Below, in pieces: positions 28,478-36,764 of a DNA stretch of 64,000 bases. The DNA comes from a virus (taxonomy: Duplodnaviria > Heunggongvirae > Uroviricota > Caudoviricetes). The notes beneath the pieces are model-generated. The model worked only from the letters and a program-made list of their open reading frames with translations. It had not been told where the DNA came from and ran no database searches. The DNA lies in IMG/VR virus record IMGVR_UViG_3300043467_001216; one strand, written 5' to 3'. Positions within the stretch are counted from its first letter, which is position 1. Each line of letters begins with the position of its first letter. The translations under genes were made by a program, and so were the position numbers.

Positions 28478-29922
28478 TGAAAAAAATAGTAAGATTAAAT
28501 GAGAATCAAATGACCGATGTCATTAAACGAATGATAATGGAGTCAGGGATTCGTGATATTAATAAAATCGCTGAGAGATATCGAAAAGCTAAAATTTATT
28601 TTCATCAAGATTTGGATGGTGTAACAACTGCGATTGCGATGAAAGAATATTTAAAACAATATGGGATTGAAACCGTTGATTGTGAGGTAATACAATACGG
28701 TGATAAAGAATGGTCGATTAAAAAACCTGAAGGTAGTGGTGATGTTATGCCTGTATTGGTTGACTTTGCTCACGGTAAACCAATGTTTGTTATTCACACA
28801 GACCACCACGACACACAAGCGGGTGTTGAATCAGGGACTGCAACAAACTTTAAATCATCACGTTCAAATGTTGAAACTATATCACAATCAATATCACCAA
28901 AAGAATTATTCCCAAGTGATGATTTGTTATTAATCTCGACGGTTGACTCGGCGAATTTTGCACCAAACGATATCACAGTTGATGAGGTTAATAATTACAT
29001 CTTCAACTTAGATAAAGAAAAATCAGTTCCAAAAAACAAAATGGCTCTTGGTTTGACGATTAATAAATTATTATTGGCGTTTAAAAACAAACCTGATTTC
29101 TTAGAAGAATTGGTTATGGAATCAACACCATCTTTACTTAATATCTTAACTAACATTAAGAGAATTATGAAAGAGAAGGGGTTTGCGTCAGTTGATGTTC
29201 TACAACAAAATAGAGACAACTACGTTCAATCAATGAAGAATCATCCTAACGTTAAAGTTATGGATAATATCATTGTTCAATACGGTGGTGGTAATATGAT
29301 GAAACCTGGTTCTTATGATAGGTATACACCATTTAAAAACAATCCTGAAGCTGACTTTATAGTTATTGCTTGGCCGTTGGGGTTAGTTCAAGCGTCTTGT
29401 AATCCATTCAAAAAAGAGAGAGCATTGAAAGGTGTTAACTTAGGTGAGGTTAAAGATGAGGTGTTATCTAAATGGGAAACACAATTAAAACAAAAAGAAA
29501 TTCCATTATCTACAATCAAATGGGTATCTGAGAACAAATTAAATACTGAGTCAGTTGGTTTTACGTTTAAAGATTTTGAAGCATTGTATGGTGAAAAATT
29601 TAGTAAGATTAACAACGGACCTGAATTATTAAACATTATTAGTAATATAATGCAAAGACATTATAATAGTTTAAGTGATAAACAAAAATCTATTATGGAG
29701 AAAGTAACTGTTAGTGCTTGGGATATAATTCAAGCTAATAGTGGTGGACACAAATGTATTACGAATATATCAGGTCTTAGTTATTTAGGTAAGAACCCTC
29801 AGAAATTATCAGGAGGTGGAAGTTACCAAAAAAGTGAAGATGATTCACCATCGGTTAAGTTTACAAAAATGATTCAAAACGAATTTGTAAGAGTATTACA
29901 ACAAAAAATACAAGAAGGTTAA
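28477..29922 (+). CDS. DHH/DHHA1 family phosphoesterase (NrnA/RecJ-like)
   Basis: HQDLDGVTTA, VLVDF, VIHTDHHD (DHH motif) and C-terminal NSGGHKC (GGGH-like DHHA1 motif). Confidence 0.75.
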   Translation: MKKIVRLNENQMTDVIKRMIMESGIRDINKIAERYRKAKIYFHQDLDGVTTAIAMKEYLKQYGIETVDCEVIQYGDKEWSIKKPEGSGDVMPVLVDFAHGKPMFVIHTDHHDTQAGVESGTATNFKSSRSNVETISQSISPKELFPSDDLLLISTVDSANFAPNDITVDEVNNYIFNLDKEKSVPKNKMALGLTINKLLLAFKNKPDFLEELVMESTPSLLNILTNIKRIMKEKGFASVDVLQQNRDNYVQSMKNHPNVKVMDNIIVQYGGGNMMKPGSYDRYTPFKNNPEADFIVIAWPLGLVQASCNPFKKERALKGVNLGEVKDEVLSKWETQLKQKEIPLSTIKWVSENKLNTESVGFTFKDFEALYGEKFSKINNGPELLNIISNIMQRHYNSLSDKQKSIMEKVTVSAWDIIQANSGGHKCITNISGLSYLGKNPQKLSGGGSYQKSEDDSPSVKFTKMIQNEFVRVLQQKIQEG

Positions 29923-30260
29923 AATTCTATTCGGTCGTCAAGTTTAATACCTAAACGTTTGCATGTACCACCTTTAACTTCTAAAATCATATCACCTTCA
30001 CCACAATAGTTTCCACAATCTTTTGATTTACAAGGGGGACAATTGTGGTGGATGTTTGATATCATACCATCTTTAATAAAGATTATATCCAAAGGTATCA
30101 CACAATTTTTCATCCAAAAACAATGGTCGGCATCATCCATTAAAAATAACATACCTTGATTTGGTGATGTAAACTTTTTTCCCATCATACCGTTTGATTT
30201 ATCCTTGGGGGTAATCATAGTTTTTACTACAAACTTGTTATTATTAATTCGAATATTCAT
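29919..30260 (-). CDS. DUF192 family protein
   Basis: GMMGKK...GMLFLMD....FWMKNCVIPLDIIFI..G.I matches the DUF192/COG1430 pattern. Confidence 0.75.
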   Translation of the reverse strand: MNIRINNNKFVVKTMITPKDKSNGMMGKKFTSPNQGMLFLMDDADHCFWMKNCVIPLDIIFIKDGMISNIHHNCPPCKSKDCGNYCGEGDMILEVKGGTCKRLGIKLDDRIEF

Positions 30261-30294
30261 ATCTATAAATATTGTGAGGTTAAATAAAATTAAC

Positions 30295-30302
30295 TATATT
30301 TG
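30295..30302 (+). promoter_or_regulatory. Bacteroidetes-type -7 box
   Basis: TATATTTG 5 nt before the smpB ATG. Confidence 0.55.
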
Positions 30303-30307
30303 TTACT

Positions 30308-30742
30308 ATGAAATCGAGAGTGAATATAGTTAACAAGAAAGTTAAGTTTGAATACTTTTTCGTTGAGACATTTGTCGTTGGGGTTAAACTACAGGGTTCT
30401 GAGGTTAAGTCAATCAGTGACTCAAAAGTTTCAATGACTGATACGTATTGTTACTTTAAGAATGGTGAGTTATATGTTAAAGGGTTAAACATTGCTAGTT
30501 CTAATGTGTCATACGCTCACGAACCTATGAGGGAACGTAAATTGTTAATGAAGAAGAAAGAATTGCGTAAACTTGAGAACGAATTAATTAATGGGTTAAC
30601 GATTGTTCCGTATAGATTGTATCGTAATGAGACCGGGTTGATTAAGATGGAGATTGTATTAGCCAAAGGTAAGAAGTTGTGGGATAAGAGAGATTCGATT
30701 AAAGAACGAGATATAAATAGAGAATTAAAACGAGGTCTATGA
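30308..30742 (+). CDS. smpB: SsrA-binding protein SmpB
   Basis: full-length similarity to bacterial SmpB as recalled: NKK.KFEYF..E.F..G..LQGSEVKS, RKLLM...EL.KL and AKGKKLWDKRDSIKERD tail. Confidence 0.9.
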   Translation: MKSRVNIVNKKVKFEYFFVETFVVGVKLQGSEVKSISDSKVSMTDTYCYFKNGELYVKGLNIASSNVSYAHEPMRERKLLMKKKELRKLENELINGLTIVPYRLYRNETGLIKMEIVLAKGKKLWDKRDSIKERDINRELKRGL

Positions 30743-30978
30743 CAAAGGTATTAAAAGGTAAAATAGTCCACCAAGGTGGTGAACTAATGGTGGAACATTC
30801 ACCAAAGAAAATATTTGCAGAATTAAAAGGGGAGTCAATTGAAAAAGTCTTTTACAAGTATGATATTCTTAACCCCTTCACTGAACACAATTTAAAGGAG
30901 GGTGATGAGGTTGAATTTGTGTTTGAATTATATATTGATAATGGAGGTTCATTTAAATTTTGTGAAATAGTAAAATAG
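30739..30978 (+). CDS. hypothetical protein
   Basis: ATGA overlap with smpB. Confidence 0.55.
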   Translation: MTKVLKGKIVHQGGELMVEHSPKKIFAELKGESIEKVFYKYDILNPFTEHNLKEGDEVEFVFELYIDNGGSFKFCEIVK

Positions 30979-30981
30979 TGT

Positions 30982-30989
30982 TATATTTG
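30982..30989 (+). promoter_or_regulatory. Bacteroidetes-type -7 box
   Basis: TATATTTG. Confidence 0.45.
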
Positions 30990-31007
30990 TTGAAATAATT
31001 AAAGGAT

Positions 31008-31121
31008 ATGAAAACAATAGAGATAACACCACAAGAATTAAGAATGGCTACAAGACCTAACATCTATCGTAATAAGAAAAAATATTACAGAAAGAGTAAG
31101 CACAAGAATTCAGAAATTTAG
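31008..31121 (+). CDS. very small basic peptide (37 aa)
   Basis: ATG 18 nt after a TATATTTG box; K/R-rich; no other support. Confidence 0.25.
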   Translation: MKTIEITPQELRMATRPNIYRNKKKYYRKSKHKNSEI

Positions 31122-31129
31122 TATATTTG
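31122..31129 (+). promoter_or_regulatory. Bacteroidetes-type -7 box
   Basis: TATATTTG 22 nt before ATG 31152. Confidence 0.45.
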
Positions 31130-31151
31130 TTGAACATTTAAAATTTGAGAT

Positions 31152-31430
31152 ATGGTGATTAATAGTTTTCATAACATTAAAATAGAACACGAAAAGTTTG
31201 GAGTAGTATTAGATGAGACATTCATTGATGGAACACAATTCAAATTATTCCTTAAAGCGATTCACGGGTGTTTAGTTGAGAAAGAGGATTTGACATTCTT
31301 CAACGGGACTGATTTTTTAGTTCACGTCCCATTTAAACATTTGGTTGATTCGATAATCAAAACAGGTAAGACCGAGTATACCTCATCTGACCACGTTAAA
31401 AGTAAAATCGAAGCATTGGTAACAAAATGA
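31152..31430 (+). CDS. hypothetical protein
   Basis: 92-aa ORF. Confidence 0.55.
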   Translation: MVINSFHNIKIEHEKFGVVLDETFIDGTQFKLFLKAIHGCLVEKEDLTFFNGTDFLVHVPFKHLVDSIIKTGKTEYTSSDHVKSKIEALVTK

Positions 31431-31876
31431 TGAAACTAATTTACATATTGTTGGTGGTGTTGGGGGTAAGTTCTTGTTATAAAGAAGACCCCCAACCAAA
31501 AGAGTCTAAACCTATTATCGTTTACCCATATGTGACTGATACAGTTACTGATTCAATACCAACATTGAAAGGGTCAACTTGGGTATTAACGGGAATCAGA
31601 ATTGGAGGTATAGGTAATCCTCAAACAGTTAGTGATACGTTACAATTTATATCAAACACAAGTTATAAATACAACGGGTATAGTTCAAAATATTCGTTGT
31701 ATTACACAGGTGGTGGTTTTAATATGAGTATTAACGGAACGTCTTGGGGTAATTTAAGTGGGACAATCTATGAATACAATTTAAAGAGTGGTAAAATCGA
31801 AGGGTTGAAATTTATTGATATTACACCTGGTTCGAGTAACCAAACAAATTATTTTCTTTGGATGAATAAAATCTGA
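31427..31876 (+). CDS. lipoprotein
   Basis: MMKLIYILLVVLGVSSC lipobox. Confidence 0.65.
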   Translation: MMKLIYILLVVLGVSSCYKEDPQPKESKPIIVYPYVTDTVTDSIPTLKGSTWVLTGIRIGGIGNPQTVSDTLQFISNTSYKYNGYSSKYSLYYTGGGFNMSINGTSWGNLSGTIYEYNLKSGKIEGLKFIDITPGSSNQTNYFLWMNKI

Positions 31877-31936
31877 TTGATAGTTTGAAATATTATATAT
31901 AAGTTTATTAACAATTAAAAATCTATTAGTTATGAA

Positions 31937-32170
31937 ATGAAAAGTTGGTTAAATTTAAGTAGTAATGGTTGGTTGGTATTGGCCTCTACGATTGTCTACA
32001 TCAGTGTCCTTACAATAATATTTGAATATGTTATTAGTAGAGAATTTCCGATGTTCTTACAAATGATATCAGTGTTTTTTGGGTTATTTTACACTGTGTC
32101 TCAATTAAAAATAATATCCAAATATGTTATAAATTTATTTAATTTTAAAGAAAAAGAAGAAGAAGTATGA
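31937..32170 (+). CDS. small membrane protein (possible NfeD-like partner of SPFH)
   Basis: two hydrophobic helices; ATGA overlap with the SPFH gene. Confidence 0.5.
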   Translation: MKSWLNLSSNGWLVLASTIVYISVLTIIFEYVISREFPMFLQMISVFFGLFYTVSQLKIISKYVINLFNFKEKEEEV

Positions 32171-33069
32171 TTACAATTATTTTATTAGTATTGTCATTGG
32201 TTGTTGCAGGTGTAATGATTTTTAGAGGTGTTGCGAATGATGACACTGTGAGTTTAAGAAACGGGATTATCGTTGGTGTATTGGGGATTGTTATCTCATT
32301 AATTCAACCATTCTCAACAGAACGAGTGGATACAGGTAACGTTGGTATCAAAGTTAATTTAACAGGTGATGCTCGTGGTGTATCGAAGTATGAGTACAAA
32401 ACAGGTTGGGTAGTTTATAACTCTTGGACTGAAACAATGTATGAGTTCCCTGTGTTCCAACAACACATTGAGTATGGTGACCAAATGGTGATTACTAAGG
32501 GTGGATTTACCACAACTATTAACCCTACGTTTAACTACAAATTGAAATCTAGTACAGTTGGGGATATGTTCCAAAACTTGAGATTACCGATTAAAGAAGT
32601 GGAGCAAGGATGGTTGAAAAATGCAATCGTTGGAGCGGTGAATGACGTGGCGAATACTTGGTCTGTCGATAGTATCTTTAACCACCGTGAAAATTTCGAG
32701 TCTAATATCGTAGTCGAATGTAATAAACGATTGATTAAATGGTTTGACGTATCTCAGTTGAGAACTAACATTACACCTCCTGAGGCATTACAAGAATCAA
32801 TTATCGCAAAAACAAGAGCCATCCAACAAGCGGAAGCATCTAAACAACAAGCAATTGCTGCTCAGGCTGATGGTCAACGTAAAGTTGCGGTTGCAAAGGC
32901 TGACTCCGCAGAGACTGTTATCAACGCATCCGCTAAGGCGAGAGCGATGGATTTAACACAACAAAAGTTAACACCTTTGTATGTTGAATATAAGAAAATT
33001 GAGAAATGGGATGGTCAATTACCTTCAACAGTTGCGGGTGGAACAGGAACATTCTTGAATATAAAATAA
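32167..33069 (+). CDS. SPFH/band-7 (prohibitin/flotillin-like) membrane protein
   Basis: N-terminal TM helix, then a VDTGNVGIKVN..G core and an A/Q-rich coiled C-terminus typical of SPFH proteins. Confidence 0.75.
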   Translation: MITIILLVLSLVVAGVMIFRGVANDDTVSLRNGIIVGVLGIVISLIQPFSTERVDTGNVGIKVNLTGDARGVSKYEYKTGWVVYNSWTETMYEFPVFQQHIEYGDQMVITKGGFTTTINPTFNYKLKSSTVGDMFQNLRLPIKEVEQGWLKNAIVGAVNDVANTWSVDSIFNHRENFESNIVVECNKRLIKWFDVSQLRTNITPPEALQESIIAKTRAIQQAEASKQQAIAAQADGQRKVAVAKADSAETVINASAKARAMDLTQQKLTPLYVEYKKIEKWDGQLPSTVAGGTGTFLNIK

Positions 33070-33086
33070 TAAACATAATACAATAT

Positions 33087-33110
33087 GGTAACGACAATGG
33101 TGTCGTTACC
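33087..33110 (+). other. perfect 9-bp intergenic hairpin
   Basis: GGTAACGAC-aatggt-GTCGTTACC; no T-run. Confidence 0.6.
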
Positions 33111-33140
33111 ATTAATAACCAACAACCAAAACTTATAGAT

Positions 33141-33656
33141 ATGAAATTAGATGTGTCAAATTTATTATTAAACGATTTAGTTGAACTTAGAGATAAAATC
33201 AATGGTTTAATTTGGGAATATAAAGATGGACACATCTACATCTGTAAGGTTAGGTCTTATGGTCGTAATTGGGAAGAAAAGGGTATTACTAATATAAGTA
33301 GATTGAGAGACTTATGTTATGAATATGATGGTGAAAACGGTATTGTTGACATCTACACGACAAATACTGACTTAGGTGAAGGTTTTTATAACTATGGTGA
33401 TACTAAAGTTATAAAATCACTTGAGGACTATGAGAAGTGGAATAAACACAAGGGATTAACTATACTCCTTCAAAGGATGGAAGAAGAATTACGTGATGAT
33501 GCTGAGGACCAAGAGAAACCTTATAATCAACGACGTTCTCATTTTAGAACATACTACACTCAGGAAATGGTTGATGAACTGAAGGAAGATATAAAAAACC
33601 TTCCAATGGATTTTGAACCTCCAAGAAATTATTTTCAGTATGAGGATGCTGAGTAA
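33141..33656 (+). CDS. hypothetical protein
   Basis: start moved to ATG 33141 downstream of the SPFH stop and hairpin. Confidence 0.55.
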   Translation: MKLDVSNLLLNDLVELRDKINGLIWEYKDGHIYICKVRSYGRNWEEKGITNISRLRDLCYEYDGENGIVDIYTTNTDLGEGFYNYGDTKVIKSLEDYEKWNKHKGLTILLQRMEEELRDDAEDQEKPYNQRRSHFRTYYTQEMVDELKEDIKNLPMDFEPPRNYFQYEDAE

Positions 33657-33669
33657 TTGAAATTTTGTT

Positions 33670-33677
33670 TATATTTG
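33670..33677 (+). promoter_or_regulatory. Bacteroidetes-type -7 box
   Basis: TATATTTG. Confidence 0.45.
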
Positions 33678-33702
33678 TATATATAAATAAAAACAAACGG
33701 AT

Positions 33703-33927
33703 ATGAGTTCAGAGACATTAGGTACATTAGCAGTGATAGGTTTTGGTGGGTATATGATTTTCAAATTTTGGAAGACAGCAATAAAATTAGTGATTGGATT
33801 AATTTGTTTTTGTATTGTTTACACTTATTTTTCATTGAAAAAATATTTTAACGGTTCAACTGAAGGTAAACAAAAAATTGAACAAGTTGTTGAAGAAACT
33901 GTTAAAGAATCAACACCTGGTTATTAG
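33703..33927 (+). CDS. small membrane protein
   Basis: two hydrophobic helices. Confidence 0.55.
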   Translation: MSSETLGTLAVIGFGGYMIFKFWKTAIKLVIGLICFCIVYTYFSLKKYFNGSTEGKQKIEQVVEETVKESTPGY

Positions 33928-33986
33928 GAAATAACGTTTCTTTGTATCGTATAACAAAGTGGTGGATGTGCCTCTATGGCCCCAAA

Positions 33987-34011
33987 GGGAGATTTCGGTC
34001 TCCCTTTTTTT
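33987..34011 (+). terminator. rho-independent terminator
   Basis: GGGAGA-tttcgg-TCTCCC followed by T7. Confidence 0.85.
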
Positions 34012-34019
34012 ATTTAGAT

Positions 34020-34034
34020 ATATTTATAAATAAA
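34020..34034 (+). promoter_or_regulatory. ATATTTATAAATAAA motif
   Basis: identical 15-mer at 35397. Confidence 0.5.
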
Positions 34035-34041
34035 AGGTATT

Positions 34042-34398
34042 ATGGGAACAATTATTATAAATGAAAAACAATTAGAAACTTTAGTTAATAGATTGAAAAA
34101 TAACATTAATGAAGGTGGTAATCACAATAACTCTCGATATATGTTCTTTAGTAATTTGGAACAAATTAAAAGACAATGTGAAATGTTATTGGAAATGGAT
34201 GAATCAACAATTAATGAGATATTAGAAAACGGTCACGATTGGGCTCAGGACCATATTGCTGAAGCAAAAAACAATATGGACCAAGTATTTGATTTCTTAA
34301 TGAATGAGACAAAAGGTGAAGGTGAGGATGATGAAGATTACGAAGATGATGATTACGAAGATGATGATGAGGACGTTGATTTCGGTGACGATTTTTAA
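34042..34398 (+). CDS. hypothetical protein with poly-acidic C-terminal tail
   Basis: MGTIIINEKQLETLVNRL N-terminus; tail GEGEDDEDYEDDDYEDDDEDVDFGDDF. Confidence 0.6.
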   Translation: MGTIIINEKQLETLVNRLKNNINEGGNHNNSRYMFFSNLEQIKRQCEMLLEMDESTINEILENGHDWAQDHIAEAKNNMDQVFDFLMNETKGEGEDDEDYEDDDYEDDDEDVDFGDDF

Positions 34399-34422
34399 TT
34401 AACAAATGTTTGATATTATAAA

Positions 34423-34455
34423 ACCTTTATCCTATAATTAGATAAAGGTTTTTTT
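34423..34455 (+). terminator. rho-independent terminator
   Basis: 9-bp stem ACCTTTATC/GATAAAGGT followed by T7, abutting ATG 34456. Confidence 0.75.
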
Positions 34456-34977
34456 ATGGAATATCCCCAAGTTAATTTCAATCAGGTGTTTGTGGACCAC
34501 CGAGGAACATTCACTCCACTATCTTTAAATTCCTACGATAAGGAATGGTTACAAAGTAACATTAGTATTAACCCCCAAATGTTTACTCTAAGAGGTTTAC
34601 ACTTCCAAGTTGGGGATAAGGCTCAGTCCAAACTAATTAAGGTGATTACAGGGTCTATTGTTGATTTCATAGTTGATATTCGTGAGGATTCACCTGAGTA
34701 TATGAAATTGTATCATTATAATATGGTGTCGGGTTCTGAATTACTAGTACCGAGGGGTTTTGCTCACGGGTTTATGACAACGCAACCAAATACGGTAGTT
34801 CAGTATTTAGTTGACAATGTTTATTCACCCGAATCGGAAGGGTCGATTTATTGGAAAGAGATTGAAGGGTTGTACGATGTGTTGAATTTTGCGTCATATT
34901 TTAAAGAATTAGAAGATGAAGACATTATAATGTCGGTTAAAGATTATAAAACTATAAATTTTAAATTAAACAAATAA
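34456..34977 (+). CDS. rmlC: dTDP-4-dehydrorhamnose 3,5-epimerase-like cupin (RmlC family)
   Basis: DHRGTF, LRGLHFQ, QSKLIKVITGSIVDFIVDIR and VPRGFAHGF match RmlC motifs. Confidence 0.8.
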   Translation: MEYPQVNFNQVFVDHRGTFTPLSLNSYDKEWLQSNISINPQMFTLRGLHFQVGDKAQSKLIKVITGSIVDFIVDIREDSPEYMKLYHYNMVSGSELLVPRGFAHGFMTTQPNTVVQYLVDNVYSPESEGSIYWKEIEGLYDVLNFASYFKELEDEDIIMSVKDYKTINFKLNK

Positions 34978-34988
34978 AATATAGAGGT

Positions 34989-35207
34989 ATGTTATACGAA
35001 AATGAAATTAAAAAATTAGATGTGTATTTTGAAGGGAAGTATCTTATTGATGAAGAGAAAGACCTTGAGTTAAAGAAAATACTAAGTTACGTTATTGAAG
35101 AACGTAAGAAGTTCAAACAGATGGTGAATGAAACCCCAAACGATATGGACTTAGGTAAACTAGTAAGAAGTTATTATAGAAATTTAAATGAAGGTGAAAC
35201 GATTTAA
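34989..35207 (+). CDS. hypothetical protein
   Basis: 72-aa ORF. Confidence 0.5.
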   Translation: MLYENEIKKLDVYFEGKYLIDEEKDLELKKILSYVIEERKKFKQMVNETPNDMDLGKLVRSYYRNLNEGETI

Positions 35208-35385
35208 ATTTGATATTCCAACTTTAATTGTTGGTAAATCAATAGATGAGGCTCGAAAGATATGTTTGGCGGAAGGTTATGTTTTAAGTTTGGGTGACAA
35301 GGTGGATATGAATGAAACTTATCTTATTAATGTAACAGAATTAGGACCTGATGGTAAAATATTAAACGCCAAATACGGTAAATAA
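35188..35385 (+). CDS. hypothetical protein
   Basis: 65-aa ORF overlapping upstream gene by 20 nt. Confidence 0.45.
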   Translation: MKVKRFKFDIPTLIVGKSIDEARKICLAEGYVLSLGDKVDMNETYLINVTELGPDGKILNAKYGK

Positions 35386-35396
35386 GGGTATTGGGT

Positions 35397-35411
35397 ATAT
35401 TTATAAATAAA
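35397..35411 (+). promoter_or_regulatory. ATATTTATAAATAAA motif
   Basis: 10 nt before ATG 35422. Confidence 0.5.
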
Positions 35412-35421
35412 AGTTTATAAA

Positions 35422-35889
35422 ATGGAAAAAGTTTTTAGTAAAAAATCAATATTGAATAAAAGACTATTCGAACAGGAAGAGGAAAAGGATGATACTAACG
35501 TTGAAAAATCTGAAGGTAAAGTAAGCGGGTCATTTGTTGATATAGTTTCAGGGATTTTACATTCAAGAACTCAAATACATATATATCATTTACAAACAAA
35601 ATCGTTTGCGGTTCATAAAGCCTTAAATGATTATTATGATGGTGTTGTTGATTTATTTGACGGTTTAGTTGAATCATATCAAGGTAAACACGGAATTGTT
35701 GAGGATTATAAATGTGATGGTTACGATAATTACACTAGTGTTAATAGTGCAATTGAATACTTACAGAAATTGGATAAAACAATTGAGAGTTCAAGAAAAT
35801 CAGTTAAAGAAAGTTTCATTCAAAATCAAATAGACACAGTTCAAGAATTAATTTACTCAACTATTTATAAGTTGAAATTCTTGGAATAA
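35422..35889 (+). CDS. hypothetical protein (weak Dps/ferritin-like helical-bundle resemblance)
   Basis: 155-aa ORF; IHIYHLQTKSFAVHKALNDYYDGVVDLFDGLVE loosely resembles Dps helices A and B. Confidence 0.55.
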   Translation: MEKVFSKKSILNKRLFEQEEEKDDTNVEKSEGKVSGSFVDIVSGILHSRTQIHIYHLQTKSFAVHKALNDYYDGVVDLFDGLVESYQGKHGIVEDYKCDGYDNYTSVNSAIEYLQKLDKTIESSRKSVKESFIQNQIDTVQELIYSTIYKLKFLE

Positions 35890-35916
35890 TTTACTTTTCA
35901 TAGTATTTTAATTTTT

Positions 35917-35946
35917 ACCCCAATTTTAATTAGTTGGGGTTTTTTA
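35917..35946 (+). terminator. rho-independent terminator
   Basis: CCCCAA-ttttaattag-TTGGGG followed by a T-run. Confidence 0.8.
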
Positions 35947-35947
35947 T

Positions 35948-35955
35948 TATATTTG
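35948..35955 (+). promoter_or_regulatory. Bacteroidetes-type -7 box
   Basis: TATATTTG 4 nt before ATG 35960. Confidence 0.5.
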
Positions 35956-35959
35956 TTTT

Positions 35960-36286
35960 ATGGATGCGAAAGGAAAATATAAGTTAGCCGAATTGCTTGT
36001 TGATAAGACAAAATTAGCCGTAAATTATGAAGGGATTAACTTCATCCAATTCAGAATTGAATTTCCATTTTTAAAAGGTGGTGTTTGTAAGGATTACTAT
36101 TTAAAACTTGAGTTGGAAAAAAATTCTTGGAATTTTGGAATGCCACCTAATTATCACTTAATCACTTACTTAGAAACTTTATTCAGAATTAAAGATGAAT
36201 CAATAATAAACGAGATTCGTGAATTATATCTTGATATATTTGAAGAAAGAATTAAAAATTTACAAGTATATCTATTGACACATTGA
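35960..36286 (+). CDS. hypothetical protein
   Basis: 108-aa ORF. Confidence 0.55.
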   Translation: MDAKGKYKLAELLVDKTKLAVNYEGINFIQFRIEFPFLKGGVCKDYYLKLELEKNSWNFGMPPNYHLITYLETLFRIKDESIINEIRELYLDIFEERIKNLQVYLLTH

Positions 36287-36329
36287 AATAAAATCTATAT
36301 GATTGTTATATAAGAAAAAAGATAATAAT

Positions 36330-36764
36330 ATGACAATCAAACAGGCGTTAAAGGAGAAGAACCGATTGATTAAAGCAATCGACGATGAGTTCAAAAAAGT
36401 GTACTCATACAACTCAATAGATGAGGGTAATGTTAGACCATACTCAACGGTTACGGCATTAGAAAACATAATGACTTTGGAAGAAGGTCTAATCGACATC
36501 AAAACAAAAATCCATAGAGCAAATATGGGTGTTTACAATAAGATTTTCAGATTGTCTGAGTTGAAATCTTTGGCGAAAAGATTAACCCAAATTAATTGTG
36601 ATGAAGGTAAAGTAACTGACAGATACCATAGAGGTACTGAACCATCAATTAAAACTGCGGAAGTGTCAGTTGTTGATAGAGACTCACGAGTTAAAATGAT
36701 TGAAGAAGAGATTGAACAATTGCAAGAAGAGTTAGATACTCACAACGCAACCACATCAATATAA
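36330..36764 (+). CDS. DIP1984/septicolysin-like family protein
   Basis: MTIKQALKEKNRL...L.E.L..IK.KI.RANM........L.ELK.LAKRL pattern; start moved from TTG to ATG 36330. Confidence 0.5.
   Translation: MTIKQALKEKNRLIKAIDDEFKKVYSYNSIDEGNVRPYSTVTALENIMTLEEGLIDIKTKIHRANMGVYNKIFRLSELKSLAKRLTQINCDEGKVTDRYHRGTEPSIKTAEVSVVDRDSRVKMIEEEIEQLQEELDTHNATTSI

Noticed and set aside
33006-33140. Longer version of ORF 33006-33656 overlapping the SPFH gene by 64 nt
   Set aside because: The region contains the SPFH stop and a perfect 9-bp hairpin, so the ATG at 33141 is preferred. The longer form cannot be excluded.
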